Part shown: positions 27,908 to 38,155 of the stretch, piece by piece | Numbering within the stretch: the stretch's first letter is position 1 | Layout of the letters: each line of letters opens with the position of its first letter | NCBI GenBank assembly: GCA_023663905.1 | Contig: JAMPGO010000001.1 | Coordinates: forward strand, 452,601 to 516,600 | Direction: 5' to 3' | DNA length: 64,000 nt | Origin: Ruminococcus flavefaciens | GTDB lineage: Bacteria > Bacillota > Clostridia > Oscillospirales > Ruminococcaceae | Translations under genes and position numbers: made by a program | The notes under the pieces: model-generated | Told to the model about the DNA's origin: nothing | Database searches by the model: none | What the model saw: only the letters and a program-made list of their open reading frames with translations

Positions 27908-28672
27908 TCACGTAACGGCGACGAGAATACGTCCTGTACCTCTGTAAACGTTGACAAGACCCTCGCCCGACATAGCCGAGCCGATAAGACCTTTCATCGA
28001 ACGCTCAACGGTAAACTGGAGGCTTCCCGACCAGGCGATAGCCATATTGCCGTCAATTTTAACTATATCGTTCTGTAACTCAATGCAGACGAGTTCATTT
28101 CTCGGCACGTTGGATTCAAGCGCACAAACACCCTTTCCGACGAGCATTGTGTTGAAAAGACCCTCACCGCCTGCAATAGCACTGCTGAGGTTGTTTCTTG
28201 CAACCGTCTTTACCTCGATAGTTGATTCACAGCTGAGGAAAAGACCGTCGTCAAGGACAATACTACCGCCCCATTCATCCAAATCCTCAAGAAGAATGTA
28301 CTTCCACGTAGGCTCAAGAACGAGAACACCCTCGCCCGAGTATTTCGGCTTTACCATAGATTCGTTGTTGGCTTTTGCATTGAAAAGACCCTTGATAGCA
28401 CCGCCGATACCGCCGATATTAGCGTCGCTTATGACATTGCCCATCATCATCTGCATTGCGCCTGCCTGAAGGATAACACTGTGCTGTGCGTCGAGCTGAG
28501 CGATAACCTGCTTTTTCTTGATACCCTGCTTTGCACGAAAAAAAGCGTCTGCGGGGCTGATTGCACTGTAGCCCGACAGCCTGTTGTATTCAAGAATACT
28601 GTAACAGCCTTTGGTCTCGGTAATCTGCCTTGACATCATACTGTCGGTGGTGCATATATCTGTTTCAATCAT
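27908..28672 (-). CDS. AIM24-family protein
   Basis: QAGAM, KPKYSGEG...LEP, GGEGLF, IDG..AIAWS, SGEGLV.VYRGTG. Confidence 0.85.
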   Translation of the reverse strand: MIETDICTTDSMMSRQITETKGCYSILEYNRLSGYSAISPADAFFRAKQGIKKKQVIAQLDAQHSVILQAGAMQMMMGNVISDANIGGIGGAIKGLFNAKANNESMVKPKYSGEGVLVLEPTWKYILLEDLDEWGGSIVLDDGLFLSCESTIEVKTVARNNLSSAIAGGEGLFNTMLVGKGVCALESNVPRNELVCIELQNDIVKIDGNMAIAWSGSLQFTVERSMKGLIGSAMSGEGLVNVYRGTGRILVAVT

Positions 28673-28696
28673 TGTTAAAAAATACCTCTTTTCAGC

Positions 28697-29221
28697 TTAC
28701 TGCTCGGGACTGATAAGACCGTAAGCGCCGTCCTCACGCTTGTACACAACGCTAACTGCGCCCGTCTTTGCATTAAGGAACATAAAGAACTTGTGTCCGA
28801 TAAGGTTCATCTGAAGAATAGCTTCCTCAACGTCCATCGGGCGGAGACTGAATTTCTTTTCCTTTATAACAGTATAGTCAACAACCTCCTCAACAGGCTC
28901 TGCAAAAGCCTCCTTGAAAGCTGAATCCTTAAGCTTCTTCTCGACCTTGGTCTTATTCTTGCGAATCTGTCTGATAATCTTGTCGATTGCGCTGTCAAGA
29001 GCGTCGTTCTTGTCCACTGCCGAACGCTCTGCACGGAAGATAATGCTGTTGTATCTGACAGTAAGCTCGATTACGATGTCGTTCTTGATTTCAGACATAA
29101 CGATTTTAGCGTCAGCCTCATCGCCGAAGAACTTGCCGAGCTTGGAATCGATTCTGGACTCTGCGTATTCTGTAAAATTCTGCGGAACCTGCATTTTCTT
29201 AGCTGTGATAGTTGTTTTCAT
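28697..29221 (-). CDS. hpf: Ribosome hibernation promoting factor (long HPF/RaiA)
   Basis: RQIRKNKTK, PMDVEEAILQM.LIGH.F, VVYKR.DG.YGLI. Confidence 0.95.
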   Translation of the reverse strand: MKTTITAKKMQVPQNFTEYAESRIDSKLGKFFGDEADAKIVMSEIKNDIVIELTVRYNSIIFRAERSAVDKNDALDSAIDKIIRQIRKNKTKVEKKLKDSAFKEAFAEPVEEVVDYTVIKEKKFSLRPMDVEEAILQMNLIGHKFFMFLNAKTGAVSVVYKREDGAYGLISPEQ

Positions 29222-29375
29222 ATATGGAAATCCTCCTTTAAACTTCCCTGACAGAGAAGTCAGAATGTTATGGTTATATTATACCATAATAATCTTGAAT
29301 TTACAAGAGTATTTTGTTAATTTTGTATAATCTGTACATTTGAAGCGTTCAGTTTTGTGAAATGTCACAAAAAAA

Positions 29376-30743
29376 TCAGGAACAGAGATTATCGAGCATA
29401 ACGGTAACGATATTTTCGGCAGTTGCGGATGTGCTGTACTTGTTTTCGAGCAGAACGCAGAACGCAATCGGGTTTGCAGGGTCGTCAACAAAACCCACAA
29501 GCAGGGCATTTTCCTCTGCGCCGTCTTTTACCTGCGCCGTACCGCTTTTGATTCCTATGGTATAGTTCGGGATTGACCACTGATAATGGTTTGCGCCGTT
29601 TGTCAGGAGAATCTGCTTTACTGTCGAGGCAGTACCTGTAGAGAATACCTGTTCGCTGAACTCCGTACCCATAACCTCAGTATCCTCGCCATAAACGTCC
29701 GTAACCTTGCTGATAAGATGAGGCATAGTCATCCTGCCCGTCTCGTTAGCAATAGCGCTCTGCCACATCATAAGCTGAATCGGACTTACAAGCGTTTCGC
29801 TCTGTCCGATACAGCTCCACTGCGTATTGAAATCATCGGAATCCGTCAGCTTTGCGGAAGCCTTCTCGCACTGTATGCCGTCAATATCAAAGTATTCGAT
29901 TTCCTTTTCGTCCTTGTCATCCGAGACCGCATAGCCCAGCTTCGTATACATCGCCTTAACTCTCTCCAACGGCATATCGGAATCTTCAATAAGCTGTGCA
30001 AAGAACGGATTACAGCTGTTTTCAACCGCCTGCTGTATATCCTGTGTGCCGTGACCGTATGTATTGTGGCAGTCTATAACCTTGCCCGAGTTGTTTGTAT
30101 AATGCCCCGAACAGCTGTACGACTTTGAGAAGAGCTTTTCCCTGCCCATAATTTCCAGAGCCGAAATAACTGTTGAGACTTTCTGCGTTGAACCCGGAAC
30201 AGTGCCGTACATAGCCTTTGAGATGAGCGTTCCCGATTCCATATTGTCGATATTGGCATAGCCCTTTGTAGGGTCGAGCGACGGCAGACTTGTGCAGACC
30301 AGAAGCTCGCCTGTCTGGTAATTATAAGCCACCGCACAGCCCTTTGCGCCCATATATGCGTTGTATACGGCACGGTTGGCTTCGTGGTCGAGGGTAGTGT
30401 AAATTCCTGCCTTTCCGCCCTCTTTTACGAGACCTGCGGAGAAGCTGTAGTTGTTGAGCTTGTCAATATTCTTTGCAACGAGCGTGTTCGTCATCTGTCC
30501 CTTGTCGTCGCCGATGAGATTGCCGACATCTATAAAATAATCGTCAGCGTAATCGCCCTTGCCCATACCGTCAAAAAGCACACCGCCGTTGCGGTCATAG
30601 ACCATACCGAGTTCATAGTTTGACGAATGCGTCATATAGAACGGCGCATTTTTTATGATTTTAAAAACCAGCCCTGCCATTCCGAGAATAAAGGCGAACA
30701 GAAATACTGTCATTATCTTCTGACATCTTTTGATACTCTTCAT
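29376..30743 (-). CDS. Class B penicillin-binding transpeptidase (PbpA-like)
   Basis: N-terminal TM; SxxK (STQK), SxN (SCN), KSGT. Confidence 0.88.
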   Translation of the reverse strand: MKSIKRCQKIMTVFLFAFILGMAGLVFKIIKNAPFYMTHSSNYELGMVYDRNGGVLFDGMGKGDYADDYFIDVGNLIGDDKGQMTNTLVAKNIDKLNNYSFSAGLVKEGGKAGIYTTLDHEANRAVYNAYMGAKGCAVAYNYQTGELLVCTSLPSLDPTKGYANIDNMESGTLISKAMYGTVPGSTQKVSTVISALEIMGREKLFSKSYSCSGHYTNNSGKVIDCHNTYGHGTQDIQQAVENSCNPFFAQLIEDSDMPLERVKAMYTKLGYAVSDDKDEKEIEYFDIDGIQCEKASAKLTDSDDFNTQWSCIGQSETLVSPIQLMMWQSAIANETGRMTMPHLISKVTDVYGEDTEVMGTEFSEQVFSTGTASTVKQILLTNGANHYQWSIPNYTIGIKSGTAQVKDGAEENALLVGFVDDPANPIAFCVLLENKYSTSATAENIVTVMLDNLCS

Positions 30744-32023
30744 ACGGCAGACCTCCTCTGAACGGGCTTTTTCTTATTGGGACTGGGATTCTTGAACTCG
30801 GGCGACTGTACTGCAACGAGCATACCGACCATAAGTCCGCTTGTAACCATTGAGCTTCCGCCTGCGGAAATAAACGGCAGTGTAACGCCTGTGAACGGAA
30901 TCATATTGCACGAGCCGAAAATATTGAGCGCCATTTGTACTGTAAATGCGGAGCATATTCCTGCGCACATCGTGCCGTGATAGTACGAGCGTGGCGGATT
31001 AATCAACGGCATAGCAATCAGAATCAGGAGCATAAGGACAGTCATAAGACCGATGAGAAGTCCCCATTCCTCGCAGATTGTGGAAAAGACAATATCGCTT
31101 TCATAGGCAAAGACATTGCAGAGGAAGCCGTTGCCCGGACCTTTTCCGAACCATCCGCCTTCGGCTATACCGATAAGGGCTTTTGTCTGCTGATAGCCGT
31201 TGCCGTCGGGATTGCTCCATATATCGGCAAAAAGTCTGTCCTTGACGTAATCGGGAGCGATAATAACGGCGATAATACCTGCGACCGCAACACCGATTCC
31301 CGCAGTAACAAGAGTTTTGCGTGAGAATTTTTCCTTCGGATAGCATATCCTGAGCAGGAATCCCGAAGCGTATATAGCGGCGAACGTCGGAATACTTCCC
31401 AAATCCCTGCACCACCACTGGAACAGGATTACAGCGCAGACAATGGCGAAGATGATGATATTGTCGTAGACTATGCTGAACTTCATAATCTGGTGCTTTT
31501 TCTGCTGTTCGGCTATTGAAGTGGCGCAGGCAAGCACCAGCAGTGGCTTTATGAACTCCGACGGCTGGATTGTCATAAATCCGAGGTCAATCCACATACT
31601 TCGGCTTCCCGTGAACAGGAATATTATCACCATAAGCAGACCTATTCCGAGCCATACAAATTTTTTCTGATTCTGAATCCAGCGGTGATTTCTGCAAAGA
31701 ATATATCCGAGCCTGCACGAGACGAGTGCGGATATGCAGGTTATGAAGTGCTTCAAATCAAGGCGGATTTCTCCGAAACAGGACTGGAAAATCAGACTCA
31801 TATTAAGTATAAGCAGGAGCATAAAATCGACTGCGTATGTTTTCTGCTTAAAGAACGGCATAGCGATGAAGTAGGCTATATCAAGCCCTGCGACCGCACA
31901 GGCAAGCACGAACGGCTGGTTGGGATTATCGTAACTGCCGTTGATGAATACGTTTGCGAGCATTGCGCCGTGAGCTATAAGTACGAATATGCAGGAAAAA
32001 GCGTATGAAAATGGGTTACTCAC
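30740..32023 (-). CDS. SEDS family FtsW/RodA glycosyltransferase
   Basis: IQPSEFIK, DLG, GYQ, GGWFGKG, SDIVF, GVTLPFISAGGSS. Confidence 0.92.
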   Translation of the reverse strand: MSNPFSYAFSCIFVLIAHGAMLANVFINGSYDNPNQPFVLACAVAGLDIAYFIAMPFFKQKTYAVDFMLLLILNMSLIFQSCFGEIRLDLKHFITCISALVSCRLGYILCRNHRWIQNQKKFVWLGIGLLMVIIFLFTGSRSMWIDLGFMTIQPSEFIKPLLVLACATSIAEQQKKHQIMKFSIVYDNIIIFAIVCAVILFQWWCRDLGSIPTFAAIYASGFLLRICYPKEKFSRKTLVTAGIGVAVAGIIAVIIAPDYVKDRLFADIWSNPDGNGYQQTKALIGIAEGGWFGKGPGNGFLCNVFAYESDIVFSTICEEWGLLIGLMTVLMLLILIAMPLINPPRSYYHGTMCAGICSAFTVQMALNIFGSCNMIPFTGVTLPFISAGGSSMVTSGLMVGMLVAVQSPEFKNPSPNKKKPVQRRSAV

Positions 32024-32432
32024 GTTCTGACCTCCTTTTTCTGAAAACGAGACGGCGGTTTCCGAGCATTAAAACATCGCCCTCACGCAGACGGGAATGC
32101 TGTACGGGTTCGCCATTGATGAATATGCCCGACTTTGAGCCGAGGTCGGTAACAGTCCACCTGCCGTCCGTGACGTTGAGCATAGCGTGGTAGCGTGAAA
32201 TCGACATATCGGGGATTCTTATATCTGCGGAAGCGTGCCTTCCGATAAGGATTTCGTCGCATTCAAGGGCATAAATCCTGTCCTGCTCAACAAGCTCCAT
32301 ATCGGCGGAAATCCTGCTCCAGCGCTTTTTTCCCGTTCTCTTCTCAACATACGATACGATAATCAGCACAAGGGCGCATATATCGAGTATGCCCGAAGAA
32401 ACTGCGCATATTATAATACCTGTTGAATCCAT
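32016..32432 (-). CDS. Membrane-anchored FHA-domain protein
   Basis: N-terminal TM; IGR, SISRYHA, DLGSKSG.FING; start ATG 32432 with AAAGGAG. Confidence 0.9.
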   Translation of the reverse strand: MDSTGIIICAVSSGILDICALVLIIVSYVEKRTGKKRWSRISADMELVEQDRIYALECDEILIGRHASADIRIPDMSISRYHAMLNVTDGRWTVTDLGSKSGIFINGEPVQHSRLREGDVLMLGNRRLVFRKRRSERE

Positions 32433-32800
32433 TAGCAAAACTCCTTTTCTAAGCAAATAAATATTTTTTTTATTTAATCAACGCATACGCATTGAAAAAG
32501 TGCCGTTTCCGTACCCTTTATATAAGGCAATCCATAGAAAACGGCGGTGGTGTATGATAGTGTACCATAAGTGCCGTTTTTCTTTTTTGTATATAAATTT
32601 CTTTTTTATAAAAGAGAAGTAAGAAATAGAAAAATATAATACATCATCATACATCATATTATAGCATATATTTTCAGCCAATGCAATAAATGATACCTTA
32701 TTGTAATGCAAAATTAATGTAAATTTAAGAATTGGGCTTGCAAAAAAAGAAAATTTGTGCTATAATAAATTCCTGATTATGATTACAAAGGATGATATAT

Positions 32801-34780
32801 ATGGCTAACAACAAAGACTATGGCAACGACAGTATCACTATGCTCAAAGGTGCGGACAAGGTAAGAAAGCGCCCTGCCGTTATCTTCGGCTCGGACGGTC
32901 TCGACGGCTGTGAGCATTCGATTTTCGAGGTTATTTCAAACTCCATTGATGAGGCTAGAGCAGGCTACGGCAATAAAATCATCATCACGCACTACCGCAA
33001 CCACAACATCGAGGTTGAGGACTTCGGTCGTGGCTGTCCTGTGGATTTCAACAACACCGAACAGCGCTATAACTGGGAACTCGTCTACTGCGAACTCTAT
33101 GCGGGCGGTAAGTACGACGCAGACGGCGACAGCTACGAATTTTCGCTCGGTCTGAACGGTCTCGGTCTCTGCGCAACACAGTTTGCTTCGGAATTTATGG
33201 ACGTTGAAGTTATCCGTGACGGCTACAAATACAACCTGCATTTTGAAAAGGGCGATAATGTCGGAGGTCTCAGCAAAGAACCGTGCCGTAAAAAACAGAC
33301 AGGTACTAAAACCCTTTGGCGACCCGATTTGGACGTATTCACGGACATAAGCGTTTCGGATGAGTTTTTCTTTGATATTCTCAGGCGACAGGCGGTTGTA
33401 AATCCGAACATACTTTTCCTGTACCGTTCCGAGAATGAAGCAGGCGGATTTGATGAGACGGAATTTATCTACGAGAACGGCATAACAGACTATGTTGCCG
33501 AAATATCGGGCGAAAACGCTCTCACTACCATTCAGCACTGGAGCGCCGAGAAATACGGCAAAGACCGTGAGGACAAGCCCGAGTATAAAGTAAAGCTCGA
33601 TGTCGCAGTCACGTTCTCGAATAAAGTGAAGCTTACGGAATACTATCACAACTCCAGCTTCCTCGAACACGGCGGTTCGCCCGAGGACGCTGTAAAACGT
33701 GCATTCACCGCACAGCTCGATACCTATATCAAGTCTGTCAACGGCTATCAGAAGAACGAGAGCAAAATCAAATACGAGGACGTTGAGGAGTGCCTTGTGC
33801 TTGTCTCATCGTCGTTCTCAACCCAGACTTCCTACGAGAATCAGACCAAGAAGGCTATCACCAACAAGTTTATCCGTGAGGCGATGACGGAATTTCTTAA
33901 ACATCAGCTCGAGATTTATTTTATAGAGAATCCCGACGAAGCAAAGCGTATCTCCGAGCAGGTGCTTCTTAATAAGCGAAGCCGAGAGAATGCCGAGAAA
34001 ACCCGTCTGAATATGAAGAAGAAGCTGTCGGGTACTATTGATTTGGCGAATATGGTCGAAAAATTCGTTGACTGCCGTACGAAGGATGTAACACGACGTG
34101 AAATCTATATTGTTGAGGGCGATTCTGCGCTCGGCTCGGTAAAGCTTGCCCGTGACCCTGAATTTCAGGCGGTTATTCCCGTGCGTGGCAAGATTCTGAA
34201 CTGCCTTAAAGCCGAGTACACCAAGATTTTCAAGAGCGAGATTATTACAGACCTGCTCAAAGTCCTCGGCTGTGGAGTTGAGGTTACGGCAAAGGCTAAC
34301 AAGGAGCTTTCCACGTTCGATATAAACAACTTCCGCTGGAATAAAATCGTTATCTGTACCGACGCAGACGTTGACGGCTTCCAGATACGCACGCTTATTC
34401 TCACAATGCTCTACAGGCTCACTCCAACGCTTATCGAGCAGGGCTATGTGTTTATTGCCGAATCTCCGCTGTTTGAAATCAACACCAAGGACAAGACCTA
34501 TTTCGCCTATACCGAGCAGGAAAAGCAGAATATTCTTAAAAAAATCGGCAACAAGAAGTACACGCTCCAGCGCTCCAAAGGTCTCGGCGAAAACGAGCCT
34601 GATATGATGAACCTGACCACGATGAATCCCGATACTCGCCGTCTCATAAGGGTTACGGCTGAGGATATACGTGAATCGGCAGAGATATTTGAAATGCTTC
34701 TCGGCGACGATTTGCAGGGCAGAAAAGACTACATCCAGCAGTACGGTGCGGATTATCTCGAACTTGCAGATATAAGCTGA
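32801..34780 (+). CDS. parE: Type IIA topoisomerase B subunit (topo IV/ParE-like)
   Basis: VRKRP, NSIDE, D.GRG, GLNGLG, VEGDSA, RGKILN, DADVDG, KGLGE; promoter TTGCAA-17-TATAAT at 32738-32766. ParE versus GyrB is inferred from the partner subunit. Confidence 0.8.
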   Translation: MANNKDYGNDSITMLKGADKVRKRPAVIFGSDGLDGCEHSIFEVISNSIDEARAGYGNKIIITHYRNHNIEVEDFGRGCPVDFNNTEQRYNWELVYCELYAGGKYDADGDSYEFSLGLNGLGLCATQFASEFMDVEVIRDGYKYNLHFEKGDNVGGLSKEPCRKKQTGTKTLWRPDLDVFTDISVSDEFFFDILRRQAVVNPNILFLYRSENEAGGFDETEFIYENGITDYVAEISGENALTTIQHWSAEKYGKDREDKPEYKVKLDVAVTFSNKVKLTEYYHNSSFLEHGGSPEDAVKRAFTAQLDTYIKSVNGYQKNESKIKYEDVEECLVLVSSSFSTQTSYENQTKKAITNKFIREAMTEFLKHQLEIYFIENPDEAKRISEQVLLNKRSRENAEKTRLNMKKKLSGTIDLANMVEKFVDCRTKDVTRREIYIVEGDSALGSVKLARDPEFQAVIPVRGKILNCLKAEYTKIFKSEIITDLLKVLGCGVEVTAKANKELSTFDINNFRWNKIVICTDADVDGFQIRTLILTMLYRLTPTLIEQGYVFIAESPLFEINTKDKTYFAYTEQEKQNILKKIGNKKYTLQRSKGLGENEPDMMNLTTMNPDTRRLIRVTAEDIRESAEIFEMLLGDDLQGRKDYIQQYGADYLELADIS

Positions 34781-34790
34781 GGAGGGAATT

Positions 34791-35891
34791 ATGTTTTATG
34801 TAATAGCAGGTATACTTCTTGTTTATCCGCTCGTAATAACGGGGCTGAACATCGCCAACTTTTTCAGAAAAGAAAAGCTTCCCGAAATCTTCTTCGACGC
34901 TTTCTGCTCAGTCATCGGGCTGGCTATGACTTTTTTTGCCTGTAATATTTTCGATACTATAACCACGACGGACTACAACGAAGCTGTCTATGTATACGAA
35001 CTGCACAGTGTACTTCACAGCGAATACGGAAAAACCATAGTCGTTGTTATAACACTGGGCTATATCGGGCTTACAGTTCTCGGAATTTTCAAGCCCGGTA
35101 AGTTACCGCCGTTGGTATCCGCAACGTCAACCGCCTGTACTGTTCTCGGGCTTGTTGCAGGGCTGTTCGTGTACATTCAGCTTGCAAATAATTTCAATCC
35201 ACTGCACCTGTACTGCCAGCTGTACTTCGCAAATATGATTCTGCTTGCGATAAGACGTATAAGATACCACATAACAGAACACGTCAGGCTTGCGAACGAA
35301 CGTGAGACGGCATACAGGAGCAGATTCGGGGCTTGGCTCGGAAAAGTTATGTCAAAAGTCTCGACTATGACCCTGTTCAGCTTTGCGCTTATATTCCCGA
35401 TAGCCGTGGTGCTTGAAATCCTGTTCATACTGTTCGGGCAAGGTCCTGACGGATTCATTAAGGCTTTCACGATGACTGCCGACTGGACTTTTTCCACGCA
35501 GACTCCTCCGCCACCGCTTGAATACGACGGTCACTACCTCTGCACCGTCTCCGCAGGAGGTCACAGAAAAGTGGTAAAGCCGTTGCGTTACGGAAAACGG
35601 CTCGGGCATTATATCGTAGTAAACAGACAGCTTCTCACTGCCAATGCCTTTGAGGATTTGCTTGCCGAGAAAATGCCGAAATTCCACAGAGCCGTACGTG
35701 GCTTCTATAACAGGTACGGCTACCCGATTTCACGTCATATCACAACGCAGTTCCGTGCGGATATAGTGTATATCCTTATGAAACCGCTTGAATATATATT
35801 CGTTTTTGTACTCTATCTGTGCGACAGTCACCCCGAAAACCGCATTGCCGTACAGTATTCCGACTATAAAAGGAGAGATTTAAATGCCTAG
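34791..35891 (+). CDS. DUF6688-like membrane protein
   Basis: Multiple TM helices; C-terminal HYLCTVSAGGH...VNRQL..ANAFE...FY.RYGYP...YILMKPLE; RBS GGAGG. Confidence 0.7.
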   Translation: MFYVIAGILLVYPLVITGLNIANFFRKEKLPEIFFDAFCSVIGLAMTFFACNIFDTITTTDYNEAVYVYELHSVLHSEYGKTIVVVITLGYIGLTVLGIFKPGKLPPLVSATSTACTVLGLVAGLFVYIQLANNFNPLHLYCQLYFANMILLAIRRIRYHITEHVRLANERETAYRSRFGAWLGKVMSKVSTMTLFSFALIFPIAVVLEILFILFGQGPDGFIKAFTMTADWTFSTQTPPPPLEYDGHYLCTVSAGGHRKVVKPLRYGKRLGHYIVVNRQLLTANAFEDLLAEKMPKFHRAVRGFYNRYGYPISRHITTQFRADIVYILMKPLEYIFVFVLYLCDSHPENRIAVQYSDYKRRDLNA

Positions 35892-38121
35892 AAAAAAATC
35901 CACCGCACCTAAGAAATCCGCATACAACCACGACGCTTACATTGAAGGCTCGGGAAGTGTTGTTGACGAGAAAATAGCCGATACGCTAAAGAAAAACTAT
36001 ATGCCCTATGCGATGAGCGTTATTATATCCCGTGCCTTGCCCGAAATCGACGGCTTCAAGCCCTCGCACAGAAAAATCCTCTATATGATGTACAAGCGTG
36101 GACTTCTCAGCCCCGAAAAGGAACGTTCAAAATCGGCGAACGTTGTCGGCGAAACTATGAAGCTTAATCCGCACGGCGACCAGTCAATCTATGAAACTAT
36201 GGTTCGTCTCACACGAGGAAATGAATCGCTCCTGCACCCTTATATAGATTCAAAGGGCAACTTCGGCAAGCAGTATTCGAGCAGTATGAAAGCCGCCGCT
36301 TCACGTTATACCGAAGTAAAGCTCGAAAAAATCTGCAACGAGCTTTTCCGTGACATCGACAGGGATACGGTTGATTTCGTCCCGAACTACGATAATACTA
36401 TGCAAGAGCCTACTCTGCTTCCCGCAACTTTCCCGACTGTTCTCGTCAACTCAAACACGGGTATCGCCGTATCAATGGCAAGCAACGTATGTCCGTTCAA
36501 TCTTGCGGAAATCTGCGAGACCACTGTTGCGCTTATGAAGAATCCCGACCACGATATTATCAGCACGCTCAAAGGTCCTGATTTTCCGGGCGGAGCGTTC
36601 CTGCTGTACGATGAAGCCGAGCTTAACAAAATCTACGAGACAGGCAGAGGAAGCGTAAAACTGCGCTGTAAGTACACGTATGACAAGTCGTCCAACTGCA
36701 TTGAAGTCACGGAAATTCCATACACCACGACTGTTGAGGCGATTATAAACAAGGTCGTCGATTTGGTAAAGTCGGGAAAACTGCGTGAAATATCGTATAT
36801 CCGTGATGAAACAGGTATTGACGGACTTAAAATCGCCATCGACCTGAAGCGTGGTACTGACCCCGACAAGCTTATGCAGAAGCTCTACAGGCTCACTCCG
36901 TTGCAGGACAGCTATCCGTGCAACTTCAACATCCTTATCGCTGGAACTCCGAAGGTTATGGGTGTGCGTGAGATTCTTGCCGAGTGGACTGCGTTCCGTG
37001 AGGAGTGCGTAAGGAGACGTACTTATTTTGATTTGCAGAAGAAAAAAGAGAAGCTTCACCTGCTGGAAGCTCTCGCACAGATTCTGACTGATATTGACAA
37101 GGCTATCAGGATAATCCGTGAGACCGAAAACGAGGACGACGTTGTGCCTAATCTTATGATTGGCTTCGGTATTGACGAGATTCAGGCGGAGTACGTTGCG
37201 GAAATCAAGCTCAGGAATATCAACAGGCAGTATATTCTCCGCCGTCTGGAGGAGGTTGACCAGCTCCGCAGTGATATTGCCGAAATGGAAGATGTTTTGC
37301 AGGACAAGAATAAAATCCGCAAGATTATCATCAAGGAACTCAAAAGCGTTGCGAAAACCTACGGCAAGCCAAGAAAAACTATGTTCTATTTCCAGTCCGA
37401 TATTGAGGACGAGGTTGTTATTGACGATACACCCGATTATCCTGTGCGTATATTTGTTTCGGACAGCGGTTATTTCAAGAAAATTACTCCGCAGTCGCTC
37501 AGGATGAGCAGTGAGCAGAAGCTCAAGGAGGGCGATTTCCTCCGCCAGATGTTCGATGCAACAAACAAAACGGAACTGGTGTTCTTCTCGGACAAGGCGC
37601 AGGCTTATAAATCAAAGGCGAGTGCGTTCGATGATACAAAGGCGAGCGTTATGGGCGATTATATTCCCGCAAAACTCAGCTTCGACGAGGGTGAGAGCCT
37701 TAAAACGCTCGTACCGACGACGGATTACAGCGGATATATGATGTTCTTCTTCGAGAACGGCAAGGCGGCGAAAGTACCTATGAAAGCCTACGAGACCAAG
37801 ACAAACCGCCGTAAGCTCACGAAGGCTTATTCCGACAAATCACCTCTTGTGACGGCGCTGTTTATCGAAAACGACTGCGATATACTGCTGAGAACATCCA
37901 ACAGTCAGGCGCTTGTATTCAACACGGCGGAAATCCTGACAAAATCGACAAGAGATACGCAGGGTGTGCAGGTTGTAACGCTGAAAAAGAATGCCGTTCT
38001 TGCTTCTGCGGAAATAATCACAGAGACAACCGCTCCGCTTGAAAAGTACCGTGCAAAATCGCTTCCTGCTTCTCCGAAAACAGCAAAGGAACTCGGCGAT
38101 ACCAACCAGCTGAGCTTCTGA
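35884..38121 (+). CDS. parC: Type IIA topoisomerase A subunit (topo IV/ParC-like)
   Basis: RALP.IDGFKP, PHGD, GNFG, RYTE (catalytic Tyr), GIAV; short CTD with no GyrA-box. Confidence 0.8.
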   Translation: MPRKKSTAPKKSAYNHDAYIEGSGSVVDEKIADTLKKNYMPYAMSVIISRALPEIDGFKPSHRKILYMMYKRGLLSPEKERSKSANVVGETMKLNPHGDQSIYETMVRLTRGNESLLHPYIDSKGNFGKQYSSSMKAAASRYTEVKLEKICNELFRDIDRDTVDFVPNYDNTMQEPTLLPATFPTVLVNSNTGIAVSMASNVCPFNLAEICETTVALMKNPDHDIISTLKGPDFPGGAFLLYDEAELNKIYETGRGSVKLRCKYTYDKSSNCIEVTEIPYTTTVEAIINKVVDLVKSGKLREISYIRDETGIDGLKIAIDLKRGTDPDKLMQKLYRLTPLQDSYPCNFNILIAGTPKVMGVREILAEWTAFREECVRRRTYFDLQKKKEKLHLLEALAQILTDIDKAIRIIRETENEDDVVPNLMIGFGIDEIQAEYVAEIKLRNINRQYILRRLEEVDQLRSDIAEMEDVLQDKNKIRKIIIKELKSVAKTYGKPRKTMFYFQSDIEDEVVIDDTPDYPVRIFVSDSGYFKKITPQSLRMSSEQKLKEGDFLRQMFDATNKTELVFFSDKAQAYKSKASAFDDTKASVMGDYIPAKLSFDEGESLKTLVPTTDYSGYMMFFFENGKAAKVPMKAYETKTNRRKLTKAYSDKSPLVTALFIENDCDILLRTSNSQALVFNTAEILTKSTRDTQGVQVVTLKKNAVLASAEIITETTAPLEKYRAKSLPASPKTAKELGDTNQLSF

Positions 38122-38131
38122 TATACAAGAA

Positions 38132-38155
38132 AAGTCCCGGGCAGAACCGGGACTT
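38132..38155. terminator. Hairpin between convergent genes
   Basis: AAGTCCCGG-6nt-CCGGGACTT. Confidence 0.7.

Noticed and set aside
29222-29375. raiA-motif RNA upstream of hpf
   Set aside because: The promoter leaves only a short leader; no room for the ~200-nt motif.
32801-38121. Canonical gyrBA / oriC region
   Set aside because: No GyrA-box, short CTD and no dnaA/dnaN/recF nearby; better read as topo IV-like.
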